A stretch of DNA of 64,000 nucleotides from NCBI GenBank assembly GCA_030704615.1, contig CM060731.1, positions 81,096,001-81,160,000 on the forward strand, in the 5' to 3' direction. The notes beneath the pieces are model-generated. The model searched no databases. It saw only the letters and a list, made by a program, of their open reading frames with translations, and was not told the DNA's origin. Below, in pieces: positions 9,543 through 22,100 of the stretch (its first letter is position 1; the number at the start of each line of letters is the position of its first letter). This DNA comes from Takakia lepidozioides. Its lineage: Eukaryota > Plantae > Bryophyta. Both the position numbers and the translations under genes were made by a program.

Positions 9543-12500
9543 CAACCACGGGACGCGTCCTCTATCTCTAAGCCCACTGGACTTAAGGTTGCAGTTACGG
9601 AGGACAATTGGGAGCCTGATATTGGACCCATTGTCACCGGAGGAGAGAGACAACGTATACGGCGGTTCCTGAGGGCTTACAGGAATTGCTTTGCCTTCAG
9701 TTTGAAGGACTTGGGAGCACTGAAGGGTCAAGAGATCCGTATTGAGTTGGCCACTGACACGCCAATCTTTCGGAGACCCTATAGATACAGTGACATGGAG
9801 AGGTCTTTGATTCAGATGAGGACTCAAGATCTCTGGGAGGCAGGTTTGGTGGAGCTCTCTGGTGGAGAGTATGCTTCAGCCACAGTGATGCCAGCTAAGA
9901 AGGATGTCTATGGCAATTGGACGGAGAGACGTATGTGCGGTGATTACCGGCCTGTAAATCGTCAGACCAAGTCCGATAGGTATGCCATGCCAACACCAGA
10001 GGAGATCTTTGATGCCATTGGGCATTCCAAGGTCTTTAGCACGTTGGATTTACGATCCGGATATCACCAGTTGCCGATCAAGGAGGCGGATAAGCAAAAG
10101 ACGGCATTCTGGGGGATCAATGAGCACGGGAAGGATTGCCTATACCAGTGGCGGTTCTTACCATTTGGGCTTAAAAACGCTCCCGCTGAGTTTCAAAGAG
10201 TCATGGACAGGATTCTAGCAGGGGTGGAGTTTGCTCGGTGCTACATAGATGACATCATCATCTTTAGTGCTACGGTGGAGGAGCATGAGAGACACCTTCA
10301 GGGGGTATTTGAGCGCTTGAGGACGCACGGATTGAAGTTACATCCGGGCAAGTGCAAGTTTTTCCACAACCAGATTGAGTATCTGGGTCACATGATATAT
10401 CCTGGAGGATTGGGGGTACAGCAGACTAAGGTAGAGTCCATTGCACAGGTTCCACGCCCCACGGATGTGAGCCGAGTTCGAGCTTTCATGGGGTTAGCAA
10501 ACTATTACAGACGGTTTGTTAAGGGATTTAGTGCCATTGCAAAGGCTCTAACCAAGCTGACCAAGGTGGACCAGGAGTGGCAGTGGGAAGATGAGCAAGA
10601 ACAAGCTTTTCAAGAGCTCAAGGCGAGGTTGACCTCGGCGCCCATCTTGAGACGACCTATCAGGGGGCGTCCTTTTCAGCTGCATACAGATTGGAGCATG
10701 CTGGGGCTTGGAGCGGTGCTCACACAGGTGGATGATGAGGGAAGAGAGTTCGTAGTGGCTTATGCTAGCCGCTCGAACAATGCTGCAGAGTCTAAGTATA
10801 GCTCATATGAGGGAGAATGCTTAGCTGCAGTGTGGGCCGTGGCACACTTCAGGTGCTATTTATACGGCAATCTCTTCACCCTTGTCACGGATCACCAACC
10901 ACTCAAGTGGTTGATGGAGTCAGACAAGCTTACGGGGAAGCTTGCACGGTGGGCACTCATCCTTCAAGAGTATGACTTTCAGGTGGTGCATCGACCGGGT
11001 TTGGTCAATCGAAATGCAGATGGGTTGAGTCGCAATCCATGCACGAGCCAGCAGGATGACACTGGAGCTCGGTGGCATGGTGAGACGGACGAGGAGATGG
11101 TGCCCGGATGGCATGCATCTGCATTTCTGTGTATCTTGGCAGCGGAAGGCCAGGTTGGACCTACAACAGGGATGACTGTAGATCAAGTGTCTGAGGACCC
11201 TGAGGCCAGCAATGAGCAGGGTGGCGCCAAAGATATACATGAGGATTCAGTTGTGTTGGACTACCTCCGCAGTGGAGACACGGCAGCCAATATGACTGCC
11301 AAGGAGAGGGATGGATCCTACAACGAGCCAAGAGGTTCAGGTGGGAGGGGACACACCTGCTCCGAGTGTGGGAGGATGGTCGAGTGAGGATTGTGCCTCA
11401 CCCAACACAGCGGGCACGGTTAGTGCGGCATGCCCATGAGGAGTTGGGGCATTTTGGGGTGCGACGCACTCATAGTCTACTGCAGGGGCAGTATTGGTGG
11501 CGTGGTATGCACACAGAGGTACAACACTTTGTGGCTAGGTGCATGGTGTGTGACAGGGTGCGTGCTTCATTCAACGCCCCTACTCCACAATTGCACCCTC
11601 TTCCGATCATGGGATTGGGCTACAGGTGGAGTCTTGACTTCGCAGGGCCGTTGCCACTGACCATGCGCCACAACAAGTACGTGTTGGTGATGGTGGAGCA
11701 CTTCTCCAAGTGGATTGAATTGGTTCCATTGCCTGATAAGGCTAGTGAGGGAGCTGCGTATGCATTCATGGATTGTGTGCTTAGCCGATTCGGTGCTCCA
11801 GCTGAGGTACTCACGGACCAAGGGAGAGAGTTCTTGGGGGAGTTTCAGGCTTTGTGTGACAAGCCTTGATAGACCACTGCACCACTTCTCGGGATCATCC
11901 TGAAGCCGATGGCTTGGCAGAGAGAGTTGTTCAGACAGTAAAGAGGGGTTTGCGCAAGTATGGCTTGCAGAAGGGACACCTAGGAGATTGGGACCTTCAG
12001 TTACCCTGGTTAGCCATGGGCTACAGGTTCAGCAAGCAAGCATCACTTGCCTCTTTCTCACCATACTTTCTTCTCTTTGGCCGAGAGCCGGATTTGCCTA
12101 CATCCATTCGCAGAGAAGCTGCTACAGTTCTTAACCTTGACGATCCGGACGTGTGGGCACGTGCATGTGAGCAGCGTGCAGAGTTGTTCAAGAGAGTCAT
12201 GCCCATGGCTTTCGAGAACCTTGCCATTGCACAACACCGTGATACGTTGAGGTATGCTACCATACGTGGTGGGGGCTATCGTCCTGGGGTTCGGAGATTC
12301 AACCCTGGTGACTATGTCTATCTGCAGCAGACTGCTCCTACGACCCTGGATGTGACTGCAGGACGTGTTATTTTGAGGGTTCGAGAGGTCTTGCCCTCAG
12401 GCGTCTTGGTCTTGGAGGGTCGGGATGGCATCACTTGGAAGGACCATGTGCGTAATTGTGCGCCATGTCACCTTCTGAATGTCGATGGCAGGATTGACCC

Positions 12501-12675
12501 AAACCTGGCAGTGGTCTCTGCAGGTTTGAGGTGCATGTTGTGTGGGTCTGCTAAAGGGGCAGCCACCATGCTGGTATGTGATCGGTGCTCTAGAGGTTGG
12601 CATATGGGATGCTTGACTCCACCTCTTGAGATGGTTTCGGATGGGGATTGGTTATGTCCACATTGCATTGGATAG
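9543..12675 (+). CDS. Pol: RT - RNase H - DDE integrase - PHD finger (in frame after TAG; two 1-bp deletions near 11313 and 11862)
   Basis: LPFGLKNAP and YIDD (10242-10253). RNase H LHTDWS..YEGECLA..VTDHQPL. Integrase HEELGH..CMVC, SLDFAG, LTDQG, GLAER. C-terminal C4HC3 CMLC..CDRC..WHMGC..WLCPHC. Confidence 0.93.
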
Positions 12676-12924
12676 TGGGAGTGGATACAACCATGGGAGG
12701 TTAACAAGAAACGCAAGACCCAGCTACTAGGAGACCTTGAACACACGAGATCTTGGCTCAAGTTCATAGATTGCAAGACGGCGACTAACGATGGGGCTAC
12801 TCTTGTACCCGGCCTCTTGGTTGATAGAGTTTGAGCACGATAAAGACAGTGATAGAGGACTTAGTACGGCTGTGGCTATTACATCTTGTAGCTATCTGGA
12901 GGTAGAGGGACCTATCCACCAGCT

Positions 12925-12934
12925 AGGGGGGCGA
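12925..12934 (+). promoter_or_regulatory. Polypurine tract
   Basis: AGGGGGGCGA immediately before B1; conserved in copy 2 at ~41818-41827. Confidence 0.7.
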
Positions 12935-13020
12935 TTGTGCTAGACTACTTTATTGTGCATATATGTGTGGTGTGGTTTGGACAGCGATGTAGTTGTGTAG
13001 CGATATGGATGCGCACGACA
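12935..13020 (+). repeat. Repeat B1 (86 bp)
   Basis: TTGTGCTAGAC...CGCACGACA, identical to 13374-13459. Confidence 0.95.
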
Positions 13021-13022
13021 GC

Positions 13023-13373
13023 TGTCAAGTTAAATAAGCACAGTGTGAAAACAGCTAGAATAAAACTAGTTATTTGTATTTAACACTTGGATTTAGGTCA
13101 AGTGTTAAATCAGGTGTCAAGTTTAGTTTGACACCTGGTCTGTCTTATCTTCACGAGAGCGGCAGTCGCGCAGCTCATCTCTCTCGAGTTGAGCCTGCGC
13201 GACCGAGCTCCTGCATGCGTTTAGATCTGAGTGTACTCATGATGGGAGTGTAGGTTGTTGTGGGGTGGAGTCCCCATAGCTTGGGGTGCCCCTGGCTCGA
13301 CTTCTATTATAAAGAGTGATAGCGATGGATTTCATATGTTTTGTGTCAACAGTGTCTCTATGCTTGTTTATCA
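13023..13373 (+). repeat. Repeat A2 (351 bp)
   Basis: Identical to 1100-1450; separated from B1 by GC. Confidence 0.95.
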
Positions 13374-13459
13374 TTGTGCTAGACTACTTTATTGTGCATA
13401 TATGTGTGGTGTGGTTTGGACAGCGATGTAGTTGTGTAGCGATATGGATGCGCACGACA
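13374..13459 (+). repeat. Terminal repeat B2 (86 bp)
   Basis: Identical to B1 and followed by the TSD TCTG. Confidence 0.95.
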
Positions 13460-13620
13460 TCTGTTTTGATGAGCAATGCCAAATTTGGGTTCACCCTCAT
13501 CTCTCGTCGTGGTGGTGGTGTAGCTCCCGGAATCAAGGGAATAAAGTGCATAGCCACATACGATGGCACCCCTTTTAATTCGGTGTAGGACCATGCGAAG
13601 ATGTCTTGAAATTCTTTGAA
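13460..13620 (-). pseudogene. Old Ty3/Gypsy RT fragment, right half of the target site
   Basis: Minus strand FKEFQDIFAWSYTELKGVPSYVAMHFIPLIPGATPPPRREMRVNPNLALLIKT continues into EVEKLL at 1099. Confidence 0.85.
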
Positions 13621-15785
13621 CAGTGGTACTACAGCGCCTGCTCAGATGTCAAGTGGGATCCAACCTTTACCATTTTGGGCGATTATCCTCCGACCGCCAT
13701 GTTGACCAATTGAGTCGTTGGTTCTGAACTAATTCCGGACTTTCAAGAAGTCCAGATTTAATGAAAATACTAAGATATATACTAAATGTATTCTAAATTT
13801 TAATACATATACATCTATACATACATATATTATATGATTTTAATATAATCTGGTTTGGTATCATAGACATCCTCTTTTTGAGGATGCAAAGTTCTTAGGA
13901 CACTTAATACGGTGTGTGTGCCTTATGGTGTAATCAGGGGGTTTTTAATTTTTTTCCCAAATAATTATTAATAAGATTTATCAGGGCTAAAATCCCCCTG
14001 TTCTGTATATATATATATATATACAAAAAATACAAAAAATATATTAAAACCTTTCTTATATTATTTTTTTACTTCGAATATGAATCCGAATTTATTCGTA
14101 TCCATCTTTTGTGAAAAGACGTTATCATATATTTAATCTTCAAATATTTTGAGTAGTAAAAGATAGTGTCATCAATGCATTGTCATGATGTACATGGATA
14201 ATGATGATGATAATGGAGTCGTTTAGTCCACTGCACATATACTAACATCCTGAGTTCGCTCAAGTCTCCAAAATTCAAATAAATGCTTTTGTTTTCTTGT
14301 CCAACCAATCCTCGTCAATGAATCTGGCATACTATGTCCGAGGAGGGAAGGGCATGAAGAGCTATCTCATTGTTCAGGGTGTTTACTTTCCGGGAGATAA
14401 AGAAAGCCATTTCAAGAGTTGCTCAGTTGGATTATCTCGTCCTAGTGTGGACTACGTCTTCCCTGTCAATATGACAAAATTTGAACATCCCCATGAGCAT
14501 ATGCATACTATTGCAATATCATATTTAAGCAATAATTTGTGAAGTCTGTGTGACGATGATGCAATCATAGTTAGATAAATGCTCCATTGAAATGATAACA
14601 TTATTTACATGGAGGTTGAAACATAGGAATATTGGATCAGAGTGATGGCTTGAAGGTTTTCCTTCGTCCTCATACAAGTTGAACAAGTCTAGCTGCAGAG
14701 TGGAAAGCAAGAGCACCACAACACGATGGCGTTTCCGCATAAAGTCGTAGAGTGTACTAGGATATCATACAAATAAAGAGTAGGCGTGCCGCAAATATGA
14801 TGGTGTTTCCCATGGTTCGCATAGTGTAGGCAGTTATACAAGTGGAGAGTAGGTGCACCGTGAACATGATGGTGTCCCACATATAGTCGCAGGGTGTAGG
14901 TTGTTATACGAGCATCGAGGAAAGACCCAAAAACTTTCACCACAAAAATGTTGTAGAAATTGTTTGGTGGATTGTAAGATTTTTCTATATGTCCTCAAGT
15001 GTAGTAATAATTAGTCGCTAAATCTTCGCTTTCTATTTTTGATGATTTCTCATACATTTGCGTCTTATGAATTCCGCCCTTTGCAATTGAATTCAGAAGT
15101 TTCTGCAAACAGCCCAAACCATTTATGAGATGTTAAGTGTTTAAAATGAAACAATGGTGTTGGTCTTTCGTTATGAAGACATTTTGGTGTGGTGGGAATA
15201 AGTGTTTAAAGGTTGGGAATTTGATAAAACTAGTTGATGCGTATGGAAAAGTGCAAGACATAATAGGTGTATCTTATAAGATCATTAGTTAAAAAGCGAC
15301 AATATTACAAAGATGTCTTTGCAACAATGTTTGATGACAATGTTATTAAATTTAGTTGAAGTCTGTTTAATTGTCATGTTTGTTTCATCAAAATTTGTTG
15401 CAAAGAAATCTTTGTAAATCAGCTTGCAGCTTACAGTATTTTAATGGAGGATCTTTGCAATATTTACAAACATTGTGATCACTGTCATAAGACATTGTAA
15501 AAAAATCTTTGTATTGAGAAATGAGAAATCTTTGTAATCATTGTCATCATTGTCATCAAATGTAGCAAGGAATCTTTGTAATATTTGTAAATGTTACAAA
15601 GATTTCTCATTGTACTACAAAATTTCAAGATTGAAATTTTTAGTACTTCAATTTTATTCTCGAAGTGAAATGATTAAATTAGTTATTTTTTGTAGTAATA
15701 TATATATAATCAGATTAAATTAAATTAAGTAAATTCTAATGTATATTGAGTTTGGTCCAGAATTAATGAAAAAGTCCGGAATTAG

Positions 15786-16074
15786 TTAAAATTCAGTTAG
15801 ATTCCGCAACCAACTTATAGCTGATGAGCCAATCCACAATTTGTCAATTTGACCATCCATTCGAGTTCTTGATGCATACAACCTTGCCTTTAGGATACCA
15901 TGGTAGGTCTCTATGGAGCCATTGACCTGACTTGGCCTGCATGTGGGATATATCGATATCCAAGAACCCATATATGGGTCTTAAACACCCAATATGTATG
16001 CATACAATTAAAATAGTTGTTCGATTAGAAATATCTGATTTAATTTCACTAGAAGCATTCGTGTCATTTACCAT
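15786..16074 (-). pseudogene. Possible degenerate MULE-type transposase fragment
   Basis: NGSIETYHGILKARL resembles the N..ES.H..LK catalytic-E region of Mutator transposases; short and broken. Confidence 0.3.
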
Positions 16075-16899
16075 TGGGGTAACGACTCATTATGAGTCGT
16101 AAAAGTCAAAAAACCAGGATCGACTGGAAGTTACAAATGACTAGTTACAACAGACGTGGAAGTTGGGTCGGACATCCAATGATTGGAGTGGTAAAAGACG
16201 TAGACGCGCGAACTACTGCTCAGCGATTATTGCGATTAATGCTGAAGAACCACGTGGCCAGGCAGGCCGCCCATGTGTCTGATCTTTTGGGCTGACTTTG
16301 ACTTTTCCCTCCGGATGAGTGGACTGACTCACCGGAGCACGGTGACACATGGAAGTGGACGTGGACGACGATGTGGACGCGGACGTGGCGACGCCACGAC
16401 AAGCAGCACTGCTACCACGTGGCCACGGGCCCGAGGCGCCACGTGATAGTCGACCACATAACTTGTAGTGCTACATGCCCAGTGGCAACTGCGATTGTGG
16501 AAGTCGATGCAACCAATGCTTTACTACTTAAAATGAAGTGCTCGAAATTACTTGAACAATCACTCATAGTGCTTTGAAGTTTTGGTATTTGTACTGAGCC
16601 AACTAGTACATACGCATATAATGCCATACAAGAGAACTAATCATGTCATTAGAAATGCGAAAACAATGAAAGACATGCCATGAAACAAAACGAAATGAAA
16701 ATGAAATGAAATGAAACAAATGGTACTTTATTATATCTGCGGAAAGCTCAAAGAGCTTATGATACAAAATGAAAAAACCAAAGTAAAAAAACAGCCCAAA
16801 GCTACTACTGCTCTGGGGATTGCCTAAGGGTCAAGGCCTCGTGCAGGTAAGCTGCCAAGCAATTGTGATCATCATAATGCAAGACTCAGTGACAGCTTG

Positions 16900-18495
16900 A
16901 GTCCCAGGGACCATCTACCCATGTAGGTTTCTTGTAGCTATTGATCCACAGGGAATCATATGTAATCTTGTGCTTGAAATCTGGCTCTCTTGGATGAATC
17001 TGGACCCACATTCTCTTTGCTCCTTCAGCTACACATGCCTATGCACAAATCATGCATTCATCCTTGCCTTGCTGCTAGTAGCTGACAATGACAGCCTAGA
17101 TTTATTCTAGGAAACATCCAACTCAGCTTCTGACACTAGTTCATATGCTGAATGCGTCTGCTAGGCTATGAAATGTAACAGGCATTCACCTTTTTGCCTC
17201 GGTTGTCCCATCGTTGACTAGGGCAGAACAATATTCATTCCACAACTTCTCCTCATCTCTGTTACTTATTTTTTGATACTTTCTTGTTGTCACATTGGTA
17301 GTATTATGTCAAAGTCACTCCAAACTAGATTCACTCAACCAATTAACTTGCAGAATTCAACATGGAAATTTAGGGCCGATTCTGATAAGAGGGAAAAACA
17401 AGGTGAAATGTGTTGAAGAAGATGCCTTCATTAGCAGTGTCTGATTTTATAAATTGTGCCACTGCTGCCAGTTGACCATCTACCCATGCATGTTTGTTGT
17501 AGCTATAGAGTCAATCGGGAGCTTGAAGCCCGGCCCTCGTGGGTGAATCTGCACCCACATTATATCCCTGCTCCTTCAACTATCCATGCCTCTGCACAAA
17601 TCATGCATATATCATTGCCTTGCTGCTAGCAGTTGATGATGACAGCCTAGATTTGTTCTTACACCCCAACCCTATTTGGAAAAACAGGCTGAAATATGTT
17701 GAGGAAGGTGCCTTCATTAACAGCACCTCATTCTATCAATTGTGTTGCCACTACTGTTTCCACTTGTAACAATTGACCATCTATCCCAGCTGATTTCTTG
17801 TAGCTATTGATCCCTCAGCCTGAACCTGAACATGAATCTGGACCTCTATCCCTGGCCCCTCAACTATCCCTGCCCGTGTATAGATCATGAATACATCCCT
17901 CAGCCTTGCTACTAGCAGCTGACAGTGACGGCGTGAAGTTCTTCCAGAAAACACCCCAACCTAGGACTTAACAGTAGTTCCAATTCTGAATTGCAACTGC
18001 TTCTCTCTGTAGTCGAACAAGCACTCACCTTTTTGTCTCCATTGTCCCCCCACTGACTGGGGTCGGAAAGTGTTCATCCCAAAGCTTCTCTTCATCTTGT
18101 TATCTGTTTTTGGGTACTTTCCTGCTGCCATATCAGCAGTAACTTGTCAAAGTCACTCCAAACCACCCCACATCCACCCAACGAGCTAACTTACATCATT
18201 CAATATATAAATTCAGGGCTGGGTCTGAAGAGAGGGCAAAATAGGCTGAAATAGATCGAAGAATAAGGTGCCCTCACCACATTGTCCTCGACCTTGTGTC
18301 ATGACCCATGGAGGATTTGACTGACCATGTACCCAAGAGGACTTGTGTGTGCGAGGTGTGTGCTGCTTCCACAGGGAATTGTAGGCAATCTGGGAGCTTG
18401 AAATCTGGCCCTCTTGGATGAATCTGGACCCACACTACTCCTTGCTCCTTCAGCTATCCATGCCTCTGCACAAATCATGCATACATCCTTGCCTT
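16900..18495 (-). repeat. Degenerate tandem copies of a module belonging to the PPR pseudogene 5' region
   Basis: ATGAATCTGGACCCAC...CACAAATCATGCA...CCTTGCTGCTAGCAGCTGACA recurs at ~16995, 17545, 17835 and 18420. It resumes at 29827 after the MULE and recurs at ~31080. Confidence 0.7.
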
Positions 18496-19135
18496 CAACG
18501 ACGCAATGGCGTGAGCGTTGCACGTGAGCGCGCGAGCGTACGCTCACGCAGGAGTGACGTGGCGTGAGCGTACGCTCACGCCAGCTGACGTGGCGTGAGC
18601 CTGCACACATGCTGACGTGGCGTGAGCGTCATGTCAGCATGCTGATGTGGCGGTAAATGCACTGTCCGTCAACTGCCACGTCAGCATTAACATGCGCCGC
18701 CTATAACCGTGGATGGTCCTATGACCGTGGAATTAATGCATGGAATCTTGCCTAAATAGAATCAAGACGAGCGTTGAGGCCTACAATTGCAGCATCCAAC
18801 ATTGTGCAATTACAAATGTTTGTTTCACTTTTACAATTACGAAGACGACAAAATATCCTCACAAAGTGTGCGCCATAAAGGCTGCCACGAGAAGACTTCC
18901 TCCCTCCTCAAATAACAATGAGAGTTATGATCATCTTCAAAAGATGATTGTAGTGCATAGCGACAGCAAGACATGTAGACTTCGAACGGTGCAATGACAA
19001 ATGTGCACTACCTAAAAGTTGTCACTCAGACCTCACTCCTATAGTTGGAGGCCATATCATTGCACAGCCGACGAATTGATGTGAATTACACATTTCAAAT
19101 CATGGTCATCCACATACCACATTACATAGTTCATG

Positions 19136-22100
19136 CTACCCATGTGTTGTATCCCGCTGCAAAAGAGTATCGACCTCGTTGAAACTCATAGTGGCCTGGT
19201 GAATGAAGTTGTCACGTTTGGGATCGCAAACCATCCTCCTCAAAAATATGAAATACAAATGTTTGCAGGGTATGAATTTACCTCTCTTGCCCAAACTGGT
19301 TGATAGCATATTCACAAAATCAGGACATGTGCAATTGGGGAAATTGGAAACCGTGATGTCGTAGGTCCTGTCATGAACAGCAGATGTGGAAGTGATGATT
19401 GTGAATACCCGACCATATCCTGGATCGGGTACTTCCGTGGTGCTTCCAACACGAGCTTGGAGCATTCTTGCGGACTCCACTTTGCCAAAGTGTTCAGCGG
19501 TTGGAGGGAAACGCCGAACGAGCTTTCCATCTCGTTTGGTTGGCCACAAGTCAGGATTTGCCGGGGGGACCCGGGAGGACGCAGGAGTAGTAGCACATGC
19601 ATGGAGTTGGGGTTGTCTCGCAAGGGAAAAACCTGCCTCCTCCAGCATTTCAATCTCCTGAAAGCTGAGATGTGTTCCCACCTTCACGGGCCAAACGGTT
19701 GGAGGAGATGGCTTCATCACTACGGAAGGACGCACAGTTCCATGCACACATCTGGCACAATCATCTGCGCAGAACCAGAACTTGTGGTTCTTGGCTTCTG
19801 GTTGACCGTATGGACGCATCAAGCCCGTGAAAGTCGGAGCAGGAGTTCGGGCACCACCTCTGGATATAGATGAAGTGCACTTCTCGAAATTAGTTGCCCT
19901 GATCGCTGTACATTTCACACGAGACCCGACACTTGTGCGTTCTATGTGCCAAACGTGGTCGGGGCATGCGGACTCAAGCACATCAAGGGGGTTGTTTCTC
20001 TCCTGCACCATTTCAGTGGCACGGTTTGATGCTGGAGCTTGCCGTCGTGTTGGAGGTTCCTCCACAATGGAGGTTCCGGACACGGAGCTGTCATGCAGGG
20101 GAACACGAGGCTTCGAGAAGTTATCACGGTCTGCCCTGTGGGAATCTGAATCCGAACCAGGTGGAGTGTTCAATTTCCTCTTACAGGAGCCGAATCTCTC
20201 CTCCCCTTCAAGATGTGGAACTCTAGAAACAAGTGGCGTTCCCTGGGCATACATGCTCACCGCCCGTGCTATCTTGATTGGATCCCCAGATCTGTTTGCA
20301 GCACGCAACATCAACTCCGATTTGTCCGGACCCTTGCCACCAACCCCACCTCGTAAGAAATCACGGTATCGGGTTTGTTGTTGCAAGGCACGTATCAAAT
20401 CATCTGTTGTTGCCACATACAAATCCCGACCTCTTTTCCCAGACTGCTGCAACCATGCATTGTGCACAGTTTCTGCCAAATTGCAAGATGGCATGTCTGC
20501 CATTTCCTCAATGGACATGTTCTGCAAAGAGGATAACCACACTTCAGAATAGTGCACAGGAAACAACATAAAGAAAGCAACAAAAATATGGAAAGCAAAT
20601 GTATGAATAAAGCATGAAATAGAAGCCTCGTACCATTGTCATGGCTGCTCCCCACTGTCTATACCGGAAGTGCCAAAACGCCAGCCAATCTTCCAATGCT
20701 CTCATACTCTCAAGTGATGCAGCTCCAGAAGAGAACCACCAGGCACGAATTGTCTGGAACAAAGTGTCCGCCTCCTTCATTGTTCTAGCATCTTTGTACT
20801 CTTTGCACAATTTACGGTGCTGAGTCTGCATCTCTGGTTTGATGTCCGACTTTGTATGTTTTTCCAGAGATTGTGTCCAATGGAATAGACATGTACGCTC
20901 TCTTCCTGGCATAGGCACTTTTGGGTCGCCCGATCCGAAGACAATACGAATAGCATTGAAATTTGCTTGAGCACTATCCGCCATGAAACCTGCGAAATTT
21001 GGAGATGGCAGCCCATGGCAGCCCATGACACGTATCAGGGAATTCCACATGAGCTTCTGGGATTCCGTATCCTCGGATTGCATGTCACAAACTGCAATTG
21101 TCATAACTCGTTGGTACACTGGATCGTAGACATGACAAGCCATTGTCGTCCAATCCTTCACTCGTTTCACATGATCAAACATAAGAAAACAGTTCTGCAA
21201 GTCCCCAGTCTTCTGCATCCGCTTCACGAGGCTAACCCCACTGCCCTCCCCAACAGTCGACATTTTGAAAAGAAAAACTTTGATGGCACCTTGACCTGGG
21301 AATACATTGTCCTGGATGTAATCGTACTTGCTCAGTCGTTTCAATTCCAAAATATTGTCTATGTAGCCTCTGATCCCAGAGCCCATTCTCAATGCATTGA
21401 TCTGATGCCGAATGTTAGGTGAACTTAAAGTGGAGAAATGATCCATGACCAGGTCCAATGCTGCACCGTCAAGTTTAGTCCCCACAGAATCTCCTTCACT
21501 CAAAATATGGCTTTCCAAGAAGGACTTGCTTGCGCCAAGAGCAATTGCAGATGTTGTTGCGGATGGGTTTCTCCCGAACTCCTGTTTGATCAACCTCGAT
21601 ACTGTCTCAACACTCTCCCTGTAATCCCCCTTCGAGACAGGATGGTTATGGAATCCAAAATGCACACAAGCTCTCGTCATTGTATTCAAACGGTGGACAA
21701 CATAGTACATTCTTGCTCCGCAGAGCGCCAAGCAGGATGGCACAAGTTTGCAGAATTTGCAGACGAAAGTGTTTGCCGGTGGAGGGGCAGTCCCAGGCTG
21801 AAATGGATTCTCCGCCAGACCCTCCCATTCGCTTTGATTATGAACTCCAGACTGAAGAAAGTGTCTGCAATTCAAATTATCACACCTAAGGTGTCCATTG
21901 CAAACTGTCCTCCTGAAAACAAGCTTGTCATCATTCTGAATATTGGATGTTTTTGTTCTGCACCACGGGTGCCCGTCGTGTTTCTTGTCCATTCCATGCA
22001 TCATGATTGTTACACCTCCAACTCGCGGAGGAGGAGGCAGCTCGAATAGGATATCGCCATCAAAAGTCTCCGGCAAGAACTTCACAGGCACCTGCTTCAA

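Larger units (their letters stand above)
1100..13459 (+). mobile_element. DNMT-encoding Ty3/Gypsy-type retrotransposon with permuted (split) LTRs, A-internal-B-A-B
   Basis: Starts TGTC and ends GACA. TSD TCTG at 1096-1099 and 13460-13463. Domain order gag-PR-DNMT-RT-RH-IN. Repeats A1=A2 and B1=B2. Confidence 0.95.

Noticed and set aside
11300-11870. Programmed frameshifts in the integrase region
   Set aside because: Copy 2 has the extra base at both sites (GATCGGATC; GATAAAGCC), so these are 1-bp deletions or sequencing errors in copy 1.
1100-13459. DIRS/PAT tyrosine-recombinase element, suggested by the split direct repeats
   Set aside because: Encodes protease and HHCC-DDE integrase, has TG..CA ends and a TSD; no tyrosine recombinase motif seen.
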